A stretch of 64,000 nt of DNA from NCBI RefSeq assembly GCF_009914755.1, contig NC_060944.1; one strand, given 5' to 3'. The DNA comes from the human T2T-CHM13v2.0 reference genome, Homo sapiens. The first letter of the stretch is position 1, and each line of letters starts with the position of its first letter. A program made the position numbers and the translations under genes. Below, piece after piece: positions 37,232 through 50,113 of this stretch. A model generated the notes under the pieces. It was not told the origin of the DNA, made no database searches, and worked only from the letters and a program-made list of their open reading frames with translations.

Positions 37232-38557
37232 ATAAACTCTTCATTTTATAAACAAATTTTGGATTTATAGAAAACTGAAGCCATTATAGTACAAAGTGTT
37301 CCTTCCCATTCACCCCATACCCAGTTTCTCCTATTATTATCATCTGAGTATAATACATTTAGCACAACCAATGAACCAATATTGATATATTATTTTTAAC
37401 TAGAGTCAATGGTCTATTCAGAGTTCCTTTGTTTTTACCTAATATCCTTCTTCTGTTCCAGAACCCAGGATACTGCAATACACATAGTCATTATGTCTCT
37501 TTAGGTTCCTCTTGGCTGTAACAGTGTCCCAGTCAGTTGTGCTGTTATAAAAAACAAACAACAAACAGACAAATAAACAAAACCAGGAGACTGTGTAATT
37601 TATAAATAATAGGAATTTATTTCTTATCATTCTAGAGGCTGGGAAGTCCAAAATCAAGGCAATGGCAGATTCAATGTCTGATGAAATATCTCTGCAACCA
37701 AGATGGTGCCTCCTTGCTGCATCCTCACATGGCAGAAGGCAATAAAAGGCAAAAGGGCCCAGCTACTTCCTTCTCACACTTTGATAAGGGCATTAATCCC
37801 ATTCACGAGGGCAGAGTCCTCATTATTTAATCACTTCCTAAAATGCCCCACCCCTTAATGCCATCACCTTGGTGATTAAGTTTCAATAAGAATTCTGGAG
37901 GGGTACAAACATTCAAACCATAGCAGGCCATTTCTCACAGTTTCTCAGACTTTCTTTGTTTTTGATGATCTTGAGAGTTTTGAGAAATACTAGTCAAATA
38001 TTTTGCTGCCTATTCTGCAATTGGGATTTTTAAAAATGTTTTTCTCATCATGACACTGGGGTTGTATGTTTGGGGGTGGAATATCACAGAGATGAAGTGC
38101 CAATTTCATCAGAACATATCAGGGGTACATGCTTTTATCTAGAGTCAATAGTTTGTGACTCATCACCATTGATATCAACCTTGTGCACTTGGTCAAGGTT
38201 GTGTTTGTCAGGTTTCTCAACTATAAAGTTACTCTTCCCTGTCATCCCTTTTTCATGCTGTATGCGTTGGAAAGAAGTCACTCTGTGTAGCCCATGCCAA
38301 AGCAGGAGGCTCCTCCTCCTTGATGGTTGAATATCTATATAAATTATCTAGAAGTATTCTGCATGGAATATTAGTCAATTATTCTGCGCATGCGTGTGTG
38401 TGTGTGTGTGTGTGTGTGTTGTGTGTGTGTGTTACACATCCAATTATTTGTTTTTATCAGTATGGACTTATTTATATATTTATTTTATCCTTTGTGTTGT
38501 AATCCAATACCACTTTATTTATTTTGTGTTCAAATGGTTCTAATTGTGGCCATTGGG
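37232..38557 (-). mobile_element. L1MC-like 3' UTR, interrupted by an MST LTR and a (TG)n at ~38393-38431
   Basis: CCCAGTTTCTCCTATTATTA, AATGAACCAATATTGATA, GGTTCCTCTTGGCTGTAACAG|..|CAGTTTCTCAGACTTTCTTTGTTTTTGATGA. Confidence 0.85.
37525..37925 (-). mobile_element. MSTC/MSTD-like MaLR solo LTR nested in L1MC
   Basis: TAATTTATAAATAATAGGAATTTATTTCTTA..GAGGCTGGGAAGTCCAAAATCAAGG..ACAAACATTCAAACCATAGCA. Confidence 0.85.
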
Positions 38558-38559
38558 CT

Positions 38560-39129
38560 TGGGGGAAGTACAGTGGGAGAACTTCCCCTCTTCTAGCTGG
38601 AATAGAGCTTGGCAAAGCCCTTTTTCCTGGAGAGTAAGCTGTTGTTGTTGTTGTTGTTGTTTTAATGGAGAGCATGTAGGGCTTACTTCATAGTGATTGC
38701 TATTCTCTCCCTCTAGGGAGAGCCAGAAGGAAATCTATGTCAGACCTTCACCATGAGAACCTGATGTGGTTCTGGTTCTTAAAGATGAAACCCATGATGG
38801 TGTGGGGGCTCTCTCCTAAGACGGAGTCCACAGGAGTTCTTACCCTCTTACTAGTCCACACTCAGCCTCCAGCAACTCCTAAAAACTAGCATTTAACTGC
38901 TCCTGCCAGTACTTGGCCCTTGCCGCTTTGGCCTCTGGGTAAGCCAATCTCAGCTCTGACTGCAATTGCCTGTCTTTCCAGATTTCACGGTGGTGGTTTG
39001 GCCTGTGACATCGGTGCTCCAATGGGTCCAAAAAAAATTGTTGATTTTTAGTTTGTCCAGGTTTTTTGTTGTATGGGTAGAGTTGATAATTCTCAAGTTA
39101 TTTAGATATCAGCACTGAAGCTGGAAGTT
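38560..39129 (-). mobile_element. L1MC/L1MD-like 5' UTR terminus
   Basis: CTTCACCATGAGAACCTG, TAGTCCACACTCAGCCTCCAGCAA, GTTGATTTTTAGTTTGTCCAG, ending CTGGAAGT (L1M 5' start in antisense); recalled consensus. Confidence 0.6.
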
Positions 39130-41555
39130 AAGATGAGTGTTTTTAAAAAAGTATTTGGCTTTATTAGACATGAGCATGCTCGTATAAGAGGGCGTGGTTC
39201 ATCAGAATGAGCTTCCACTCATTGTCAAGGGATAAAGTGCCTTCACCAAGTCATGTCACTAAAGATGGTGGTGCTTCAACACATACTGAAAAGTCATATG
39301 CATAGTGCCGTATCTCTATGCTCATAATTCTTTCAAAAGAAAATGCATAATCATGTTGGTGGGTTTTAAATATACCTGAAGTTAGCTGATACAACTTAAT
39401 GACTTTTTGCAGCCCAGTGATTTATACCTTAGCCTGGCATTTGGGAAAAGACACTGGCTTTGGGTCAATCAAGTGGTTGTGGGAACAAATATGTCATCTG
39501 CACAGGAGCAAACACTGTTCCTCTGAATTTTCTCTGCCTATTGAATGGCACAGAGTCTTATATTTGGGATAAAGCATGGACTCTGGAAGTTTCTCAGAAA
39601 CTTAACTATTGAGAAGTATATGGCATTAAATGGTGAACTTGTTTTATTATGACAGCTTGATTAGTGTATTTCCTGGGCTTCAGTTCTTTCAAAACTATTT
39701 TCAAATTTTTTCGACATCCACATGACATTGATACTAGTCATCCCTAAATAATTTGTTCTTTGTTTTCATAAGTTTTCTCTGAATCAGTTAAATATACTTA
39801 AATATACTTGTTAAATGTGAAACCACACTTCAAAATCTTGATGCTCTTGTTATATGGTTGATCATGCATTTTCTTTGTATATAAATATACACCTAAGGTA
39901 ATCACATTCATAGATTTATATCTAAATATCATCCAATGTTGTAACAATGATACGAAATTCAGGAAAACACAAGAACTGTTTAAAAGGTTATTTAGCTGAA
40001 AACTGAGTCCCCTGAGGATGAATACAAGATAAACAAGTTGTAATGAGTGGAGTGGATAATAGGGGAAAAATTGGCATTGTGATATTAATATGCTTGATTG
40101 GGACTTCACTGTACATCTTGGAGAGAACTGAGATGGCGTTTCCCTGACTGAAATGGGATCAACATGAGGAAATCCATGCCACTACATATTTGTGGGAAAT
40201 GACCAAAACGGAGACATAATTGTACCTTTACATCTCTCATGATTTTGACTAAAGCTCATCTTTTGATTGCACACTATGTACTAGAACACTTGCTAAGAAG
40301 CAGAGAGCTTCTTCCTGTTACAATAATGATGGACAAAAATGAGAATAAAAAGTATAAAGATATTTTGGCTAAGATTCTTTGCTCTGTTTTCATTTTTTAA
40401 AACTGGAGTCTAGGCTAAATTGTGCTTTGGGGATGTTGGTTCACCTGGTAGCAAACATGAGTTACCAGTAATCCACCACTCTCCATTTGTTGTTTCATTC
40501 AATGCATATTTATTGAGCACTTGACATGTTTTAGATTTTGCCATAGGTAGCAATTACCCAACTGTGAAAAAGACAGATGTGGTGATCCACACCATTGTGG
40601 AGGTTACAGTTTTGCATAAAAGACATAATCAGCAATATCTTCTCTTTCAAGTTGACAGGTGGAGTGCATGCTGCAGGCTAAATTCTTCTGCATTAAGTCC
40701 TCAGAAAGGTAGAAAATATGATTTTTTAAAGACAGGAACATGAAATATTACCTACATCTCACATGAAGGTAAGAAATAGTTTGTTCTTACAACTGGATTT
40801 CCATCAAAGGTGTTTCATGCTCAGAGGTGGAAAAAGAAAAAGAGAGAATCGATGGTGAAATGACAAGGTAATTCATTGGAGGACCAGGTCAAGATGACTG
40901 ACCCCTGCAACTCTCCCTCTTAGACCAGGCAATAGCTGGAAAGCATCTGCCTGCAGGTTAGAGCAGAGGACACAGAGTTTCACTCAGAGTGGTGGGGAGT
41001 ACTCAGCAGAGCAGGTACAGAATTGCCTCTGCTCCCCAGCTCTCATCAAAATTAAAGCCACAACTCCAGGTCCTACTTCAATAGGTAGCACAAGCAAATG
41101 GATAATCTCAAGTACAAAAATGGAGAACAATCACTAATCATCATTTGAGGAATGTGAAAACCCTAAAACAAAGAGAAGTAGAACTTACACCTGAAGAAAC
41201 AGAGCGCATAGAGCAATTTAAGAGCTTAATGGCAATGAGAAAAATGCAAAACAATCTTGGTAAAGAGAGGAAGGAAAGCTGGGGAAGCATGTTCTAGGTA
41301 GAGGGAGCAGTACATGCAAAGACCTAGGGACAAGACTGAGTGTGAATCCTCGGAGGAACTAAATGTCCTTTTGTGTATCTGGAGTAAAGGTGTGGAGCAG
41401 ATAGTGGAGAGGTGAAGTCAGCATGGTAGAGAGAGGCCAGCTTGTAGATCTTTTAAACCACATTTAAAATTCAAACTTAGGGGAACAACAGCATGTCATT
41501 TAAGGATTTTAAGCAAAGAGATGGGAGTGGCCTTGATTGAACTACAGCTGTAGAT

Positions 41556-41779
41556 CAAGAGTCAACAAATATTTTCTGTGAAGGACCAGATAAAAAATAT
41601 TTTAAGCTTTGTAGCTCATAAGGTCTCTGTACAACTACTCAACTCTGCCACGGTAGCACAAAAGCAGCCATGAACAATGTGTAAATGAATGAGCATAGCT
41701 ATATTTAAAAACAGACTTTACTTATAAAATCAGGTAGTGGGCTGGTTTGGCCCCATGGGCCAAATTTTGCTAACGCCTG
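41556..41779. mobile_element. MER58A hAT-Charlie MITE
   Basis: TTTTCTGTGAAGGACCAGATAAAAAATATTTTAAGCTTTG..CAACTACTCAACTCTGCC..AAAAGCAGCCAT..TTTGCTAACGCCTG. Confidence 0.9.
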
Positions 41780-42401
41780 ATATAGAAGTAATAAAAGAGA
41801 AAAAGAGAGAGAGAGAGATTTTTTTTAATCCTTTTTTTTTTTAACAAAGTCTGAAAGACTGGCATCAGAAAGGTTGGAACTGTGTTTGCAATTTTCCTTT
41901 ATTTCTTATGCTGACAGGTTTAAAACCCGAGAAATCTTGCATTCTACATCTTAGCCTCATTGCCTCCTGTCACCTGAGTAACACCTTTCTCCCTGCTGCC
42001 AAAATGGCCACTTCTGCTACTGGGTCAGACCAATTATTTCCTAAATGGTTTGTATTCATCTGCACTTCAAATGCATTGCTTTGAGGGGGGGATATAATCC
42101 TGTCTGGCACTCATTCTACTCCGCACATCCATTATGTGAGCAACACATCAGTCTGCTGAATTAAAGAGCCCATGACTACAAAGCAACTGTATATCATGTG
42201 TATTGCCGCTTTGCCACAGGCGCTATTCAAATATCTGACTTTGAGAGTCCTTTTTTGCTTAGCTAGGTACTTCATGCTAGTTTAAAAATAAATTGCAAAA
42301 AGTATCAACAGTATTCTTTAAGTAAGTCTTCCCATATTCATTCATATCCATATTTTACAGAAATTGTTTTGAAATAATTTCTTTCTCTTTCTCTCTTTTT
42401 T

Positions 42402-42709
<308 letters not shown>

Positions 42710-42937
42710 TGACGTTTGAGTGTTAGGATGATAGTCAGATTTTGGCAAAAATGGCAGTTAGCCTTGGCTACTGCCTCTTGAAACTCTCCTGGTCTCTCTC
42801 AATTCTTTTAGTAAGTATCAAAATGATGATTAAAATGCTAAGAATAATAGTTAACATTTACTGAATGCTCACTCAGAACTTTCCTTGAAGTATCTCATTT
42901 AATTTCACCACAAGTCTATCAAGAAATTACTATTAAA

Positions 42938-43283
<346 letters not shown>

Positions 43284-43729
43284 TCACTGTGGGTCCACAC
43301 ATGGGCTCCTTACATCCTCCCACACACCAGGATCCTGCATAGCAACAGGATCAGTCTTGCAATTCATGTAGAATGCGGGTCTAGGTCTAGGTGGGTGGAT
43401 TGCAGAATGGAGTTCAAATCCATATGTGGTATCTCTTTATGTGGGGAAAACAAGCAAGCAAACACACAAAGAAACATTAGACTCCAAAGGAGCCTTCCAG
43501 GAATTTCTGAAACTGTGTAAGTCCTTTCTGCTTTTTCCCCATCACTTCACACAACCTCTCGCCAGACACCTACTGCAAATAGTAAGTGTGAAACAGTACA
43601 GCAATAAAAAGAAAAAAAAAAGAGGGAAATGCTGACACAATCAGATTTTTATGCTAAATTGTATTTTTTTGAAGTGACTCTCATCATTTCTCATTGCCCA
43701 TTTTAATCTCCATTTGAAACTGTCCCGCA

Positions 43730-43990
43730 CAGCAGCTTTTTATAAGCAGGTGGTCTCAGGAATGCTACTTTCACATAAGCTATGCGGGGACATGGATTCG
43801 CTGGTCAAATAAATTTCAAGAACTGCTGTGTATTCTACCTCCCTCTTGGAGAGTTACAATGTCCATAGCATACTTCACAGCCTGGGATTCCCTGCATTTT
43901 CCAAACTTCCATGACTACTGAATACTTTCATGGAATACTTAGTAAATTCCTAGGGAACTAGTGTTTGCAGAATATGGTCTGGGAAACAGC
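43730..43990. mobile_element. MER103C-like hAT-Charlie element
   Basis: TGGTCAAATAAATTT..CCTCCCTCTTGGAGAGTTACAATG..GGAACTAGTGTTTGCAGAA..TGGGAAAC. Confidence 0.6.
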
Positions 43991-44274
43991 TCAGTAAAGG
44001 ATAAAGTCTAGGCCATCAAACACAGGCCTTATATGATTTACTTATCTAGAATCAGTCTCTCCAACCTCAATACTTGACTGACTTTCCCTTTCTTCTATCT
44101 GTGTCCTTTGTTGTTGAGTTGTTTGTGGATGCAAAAATCTATCTTTTGCCTCTAATGCTTGCTCATGGCTGTGTTTTCTGCTTGCTAGCCACATAACCTT
44201 GGCTAAGTCACTTAGCCTCACGGGGGCTTCAGCTGACTTATTTGTAAAGTACAGGGTGTAACAAATGAATGATT

Positions 44275-44566
44275 TTTTGGTGTTTGTTTTTGTTTTTGAG
44301 ACAGGGTCTTGTTCTGTCACCGAGGCTGGAGTGCAGTGCTGCAATCACTGCTCACCGCAGCCTCGACATCCCTGGCTCAATCAATCTTCCCACCTCAGTC
44401 TCCCAAGTAGCTGAGACTGTCGTATCACCATGCCTGGCTAATTTTTGTAGAAACAGGATTTCACTACATTGCCCTGGCTGGTCTCAAATTCCTGGGCTCA
44501 AGTGATCTGCCAGCATCAGCCTCCCAGAGTACTGGGATTACAGGTGTGAGCCACCAGGCCCAGGCT
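44275..44566 (-). mobile_element. AluJ inserted into a MIR3 (~44170-44600)
   Basis: GAGACAGGGTCTTG..CTGGGCTCAAGTGATC; GAATG(A/G)T on both flanks; MIR3 end TCTTTAAGATCCCTTC follows. Confidence 0.9.
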
Positions 44567-45171
44567 GAATGGTCTTTAAGATCCCTTCACAATCCATCTT
44601 TTATCCATCTTGTGATTTCTTCTCCTCACTGGTCCTTGAGTGCACTACTTGCTTTCTCTAAGCCTCACTTTATTTGTCTGCAAAATCAGGACAATAACAG
44701 AACATACTTCATGGGATTCTGTGGGAAGAAAATGGAATAAGGAATACGGAGACTTGTTAGTACAGGGTTATCAATATGTCCCTTAACAAAAATTAATAAT
44801 AATCCCTATCTACCACTTATAAGAAAATTATTCCAGAATCACCTAGAGCTGTCTTCCTTGAGAATGATATATCCTATGTGCTCTGTAGCTTTGAAAGCCT
44901 TTCACGGATGTAAAAATAACCCTTAAAATGTTCTTAACAGTGTAATTCAAAGAACGTTAATGTGCTCCGAGGCCAAATAGAGGGAAACTCAATTGCTATA
45001 AACTTAATTTTCAAGCATCCTAAATAAATATGCATTTTCCCTGAGGGCAAAGAGTCAACTCTCATCAGACTCTTGAAGGGCAGAATGTGTCAGGACATAC
45101 ATTATGGTCTTCCAGGAAATTGGATAGAGAAACTTAAAGCCCTATTAAGTGATGTGACTTTGAAAACAACA

Positions 45172-45215
45172 TCTGTATATAAGAGACTTTAACTCTGTAT
45201 ATAAGAGACTTTAAC
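45172..45215 (+). repeat. Perfect 22-bp tandem duplication
   Basis: TCTGTATATAAGAGACTTTAAC x2. Confidence 0.95.
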
Positions 45216-45299
45216 TTTACAAGGTAGTTTTCCTTCATGAGCTTAGCTGATGCTCAGAGACAGGGGAGGAGATAGAATAGCTGTGACCATTACCTTTGG

Positions 45300-46290
45300 G
45301 TGCAGTCCAACTCAGTATGTCCAAAGTCAAACCTGCTGTCTTCCAGTTACAAACTGGACTCTCTTCCTGTCTCGGTTGGACTCTGCTATTTAACCAGCTT
45401 AACCGGCTGCCCAGGCCACATACCTGAAGTCATTCTTGCTGTTCCTTCTTCTTTACTTTTTAATGTCAACCAGTCTTCAGCTCTCTCAAATCCAGTTCTA
45501 AAACCCCTGACATCCAGACTCCTAATCTTCTTCACTGAACTTCCTTTAAACTCTGCTCTACCTTGGTTAATTAACAATTTCACCCTTTACACTGCTCAGA
45601 CCCCAAACCTCAAAGTCAACTGATTCTATTCTTTGCCCCCCGCTCCATGTCCAATCCATCAGCAAACCATGAAACTCTCCATCTTCAACTCTGTGCAGAA
45701 TCTGACTACTGATTCTCCCCTCCACCGCTCCCAACTGAGTCCAAAACACCTTCTCAAGTCTACATTTTGTTTGTTTGTTTGTTTTTGGCAACTTCTTAAC
45801 TGGTCTTCTGCTTGCTGCTCATTTTCCTATAGAGCAAGGTTTCTCAACTCTGGCATTACTGACATTTGGGTACACATAATTCTTTGTTGTGAGAGACTGT
45901 CCTAGGCATTGTAGGACGTTGAGCAGCATCCTTGGCCTCTACCCACTAGATGCCAGTAGCACCCACCTCCTCACCAAGCGTGGTGCTGAAACCCCCATAG
46001 GAGCTCCTCTTATCTCTCAGAGGAAGGTTCTCTAGTTATGTAAGTGGCCACAATCGCCGCACTGTCAGGCCTCCCGTTGCTGTTCTGAACTCACTTTCCT
46101 CCTCTTTCTGCCTTGCTTATCCTGCGTGAGCCACACCAGCACACTGGGTTTGTTCCCAGCACCAAGCCTTTGCACTTGCTGTTCCCCCCCATCTGGAAAA
46201 CTGTCTCCACAGGTATCCACTTGGTTTATTCTTTCATCTCCTTAACGTGGCACCTCCATGTATTTGTATAAAGCTCTATATTGCGCCCAG
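45300..46290 (+). mobile_element. L2 fragments interrupted by a partial MER20 (~45832-45990)
   Basis: L2 motifs CCAAAACCT-like, CCAATCCATCAGCAAA, GCCTTTGCACTTGCTGTTCCC; MER20 CAAGGTTTCTCAAC..ATAATTCTTTGTTGTG..GGCCTCTACCCACTAGATGCCAGTAGCACC. Confidence 0.7.
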
Positions 46291-47154
46291 CCAAATTATG
46301 CTTTCAACTAACATTTTATGACTGAGGTGTATGTTCCCAAAACATTGTTAGATGAAAAAAAAGATGTGAAAAAAAGCATCTACTATGACCCTCATTTTTC
46401 TAAAAGAAGCATCAAATGCCTATTTATGAACATACTGCTGTTGGTAAATACAGAGGAAAGAACACCAGAAAGTTAGACACAAAAATGTTAGCTGTATTTA
46501 TCTCTGTTGTAGTAGCTATATAAATAATATTTTCTGACTATTCTGCTGTATTGTCCAAATTTCTATACTGAAGATGTTTTTATATCTAACAAAAACAATA
46601 AACTCTATTTAAAAATGGAATGGTGTCACAATCCTAATATCTCTGAGATCCAAAGACCAATTGGGAAAATATGGCAAGGTGGAGCATGGTAAATTTGTGT
46701 GTCTTTCTCTTTTACCCTGGCCTTGCAGCACCGTTAATGAAAATCAAGGGCATCTTCTTAGATGCTTTAACTGAGAGTGCAAAAGGGAGGGGGGAACTGA
46801 AATAAGTGACCTAGAATGTTTACATTTATGAGGACCTTGGCAATCATGGAATATGACACCTTCTTTTTTAATAAGGTGGGCGCTCCAGAGAAATCAACTA
46901 ACCCAAAGTCACATGGTTAAATAGTGGCAGAGATGGGATTGTTCAATTATTTTTTCATCAAACATTTATTAAGCTTCCACTATATGCTGGGTGCTAGGGG
47001 TATAGTGGTGAAAGATAAATATAATCCCTGCTCTTAAGTGCAGTGGGGAAGAAACCCATAGGCACAACCAAATAGTGTAGAAACGTGTCATAGCTATGGC
47101 CTCATGTGGCTGTCCAGCACTTGAAATGTGGCTGGTTTGGACCGAGAGCTATGA

Positions 47155-47439
47155 GGCCTGGCGAGGTGGCTCACACCTGTAATCCTAGCACTTTGGGAGT
47201 CCATAGCGGGTGGATCACCTGAGGTCAGGAGTTCGAGATCAGCCTGGCCAACATGGTGAAATCCCATCTCTACTAAAAACACAAAAAAATTAGCCAGGTG
47301 TTGGTGGCAGGCACCTGTAATCCCAGCTACTCAGGAGGCTGAGGCAGGAGAATCACTTGAACCTGGTAGGCGGAGGTTTCAGTGAGCCGAGATTGTGCCA
47401 CTGCACTCCAGCCTGGGCAACAAGAATGAAACTTTGTCC
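47155..47439 (+). mobile_element. AluS (AluSq-like)
   Basis: Full dimer, GGATCACCTGAGGTCAGGAGTTCGAG, CAACAAGAATGAAAC. Confidence 0.95.
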
Positions 47440-47449
47440 GAAGGAAGGA

Positions 47450-47513
<64 letters not shown>

Positions 47514-47640
47514 AGGAAGGGAGGGAGGGAGGGAGGGAGGGAGGGAGGGAGGGAGGGAGGGAGGGAGGGAGGCAAGGAAGGAAGGAAGAAAGGGAAAGGG
47601 AAGGGAAGGGAAGAAGGAAGGAAGGAAGGGAAGAAGGAAA
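47440..47640 (+). repeat. Compound purine microsatellite in Alu tail: (GAAA)16, (GAGG)13, (GAAG)n
   Basis: (GAAA)16 47448-47511; (GAGG)13 47521-47572; one pyrimidine in ~200 nt. Confidence 0.95.
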
Positions 47641-48186
47641 TGAATTGAGGGATATGTAAATATAAAGCATTCACTGGAACTACTGAAGGGATGTAAAATA
47701 TGCCATTAGTATTTTTCATATTGATTAGATATCAAAATGATATTACTTTGGACATATTCCATTAAAGAAAATATGTTAAAATTAGTTTTACTTGTTTATT
47801 TTTACTTTTTTTAAATGGCTACTAGAGACTCTTAAATTACACATATGGCTTGCATCCATTTCCATTGGACAGTGCTGCATATGCACCATGATGTAGACTT
47901 GCTAGGATGTTAGAAATGAGAGTAGACGATGAGGAGGTTCAGACAAAGTTCCTTACTCAGTCTTTGGGACAGAGAAAGCCTATGAAAGGAAGTGGCAGAT
48001 AAATTGTAATCTGTATAGTAAGTGAGATTTAGGCTAAGAACAGGGTAAGGTTGGAGTGCGGGAATGAAATCAAAGGCAAAACCAAGTATTTAGGGAAGGT
48101 CACTAGTTGCTAAGTCAAACTCTTTCCTGATTCTCTGTTTTATTAATTTGCAAGTTGCAATCATTTAAAAAAAAAAAAAAAAAACA

Positions 48187-48423
48187 GGCTGGGTGCGGTA
48201 GCTCATGCCTGTACTCCCACCATTTTGGGAAGCTGAGGTGGGCAGCCTAGCCAACATGGTGAAACTCTGACTCTACTAAACATACAAAAATTAGCAGGGC
48301 ATGATGGCGGGTGCCTGTAGTCCCAGCTACTCGGGAGGCAGAGGTTGCAGTGAGCCAAGGTCATGCCACTGCACTCCAGCCTGGGCAACAGAGCGAGACT
48401 CCGTCTCAAAAAAAAAAAAAAAA
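48187..48423 (+). mobile_element. AluS with two internal deletions
   Basis: Junctions GGGCAG|CCTAGCC (~48245) and CGGGAGGC|AGAGG (~48339). Confidence 0.9.
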
Positions 48424-49111
48424 TTTCTCTTCTAATGGAAGACTTTGACAGATCCTTAATTCCAGGCTTGAGAGTGGATGTGTGGACTTCAGGGACTCTA
48501 ACTTCACCAACATTGTTCTCCTTCCACTAATATCTTATGGGATAAGCTCATTTCAGGGAAGGGTAAATTCTGCCTGGACCAGAGAAAAATAATGACATTG
48601 AATTAGCTAGATAGATGGCAATGAGTAATCCGCATGAAATTCTTAAATTTGGACTGGGAAGGGAGATTCAGTATTGGTTAGAGTGTCTCTGATTTTGCAA
48701 TTCATTCTCAGCCAAGAAAATGAATGTGCTCTATAAAATATTTCTGGAATAACCTTTTAGTGAAAAACAATAGAAATTTTTAAGACAGATTAAGGTTTAG
48801 TGTCGCAGAAGATTATAGTGTGAACAGACTGTCCTCACAGGGGCCTGTTTAACTGTTGACAAGCTGGGGGAGGGGAGAACCATAAGGATATTTGACATGA
48901 AAAATGTGAATTCGCTCTCTGAGTGTTTACTAGCATTCACAAGTAGCAGGAAATGAGCCGTGAAATGTATTGTCAAACATTCAGTGTTCAAAATATAATG
49001 CATTACTTTAAGTTGGGCTTTTTGCTTTCTGAGATCCTCGTTCTCAATTTGCCCACCTCTAGGATAGATGAGCTGGCCTTTAATCGTGCCCTTCCCAAAC
49101 CATAATGATAA

Positions 49112-49480
49112 GGTGTAGCAGAAACTGGGAAGTGGCTTTCCAAAAGCCAGTCACAACTCCCTTTTCCTTGCCTCTCTGGATTGCAGAGGCTTGGAAAACA
49201 CAGATGCATGCCCCTTTGCAGTTAGTAGTTGTCGCGTGGCCTACTTTGGCCCAGTGAGATTTGGGTATTAGTTTCTTGGGAGAATGTTCTTAGGAAATAA
49301 ATGCAATGCCCTGCTAAAAGAGAAACCCACACCCTTCTTCTTCCCTCCTCCTTCCACCTGAATTCTAGAAATGGGACGGATATTCAGCTGCTACCACAGA
49401 TACGGTGGTGCAGTTGTGAAAATGCTGAAAGACTTTCCCATCAGTTGGTAAATAGCAACTTTCCTGAATTCCCCAAGTGT
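49112..49480 (+). mobile_element. Old MLT1 (H-L group) LTR fragment
   Basis: CCCTTTGCAGTTAGTAGTTGTCGCGTGGCCTACTTTGGCCCAGTGAGAT resembles MLT1 core. Confidence 0.5.
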
Positions 49481-50113
49481 CCCTCTTTGTCTTAGTGCCT
49501 TGCCCAAGCCCCCTGGATCTCCCTGTGATTCTAAAGGGAAAAACTCCTGGAAGAGCAGGGGCCTCCAGATCTGTACCATTTGTGAAATATTTTAGATATC
49601 ATGTCCTCCTAGAAGTGAGGGAGGCCACCTTGTAACCATGAGGTCTCCTCTAAGCACAGGATGGGGACGTGATGAAGCCACAGTAGCAGCCCAAGACGTA
49701 CTCCTGCCTGGCAGCAGCCATTGTGGTATGGTTTTCTCTTACTCCATCTCTCACATCTGAAAAATATATTGTTAGGTTTGATAGTTAAGCAAGAATATTT
49801 CTCAACCTGGCTTTGCTCAGACACACTGATGTGTGAGGTTTTTTTTTTTTACTGTTTCTACACAGATCTTTTCTTTTTGATCTCACTGTCCTTTCTTTAT
49901 GGTCTTCACCTTTAAGATCCAGCCTTCTCTGATAACCCTAGAATGTGATGTTCAGACAATATTTATTAGAGGAATAAACGAATGAATAAAACAAACTAAG
50001 ATTAACTTTAAATGTAAAACACTCAGAGATTTTTCTATTTTACATGTTTGGCTTTTATAATTCATTTTTGCTCCTCTAATTAGAATCTAAGATATTTTAT
50101 TTCCCCTTTCTCA

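Larger units (their letters stand above)
47075..47877. mobile_element. MER33 hAT-Charlie element split by an Alu
   Basis: CATGTGGCTGTCCAGCACTTGAAATGTGGCT before the Alu; AAATTACACATATGGCTTGCAT..TTGGACAGTGCTG after it. Confidence 0.75.

Noticed and set aside
39788-39807. 10-bp tandem duplication TTAAATATAC x2
   Set aside because: Too short and AT-rich to be more than routine slippage
47327-47719. Four overlapping low-complexity ORFs (ERKK/GREG/SLPP repeats)
   Set aside because: Translation of a stop-free tetranucleotide microsatellite
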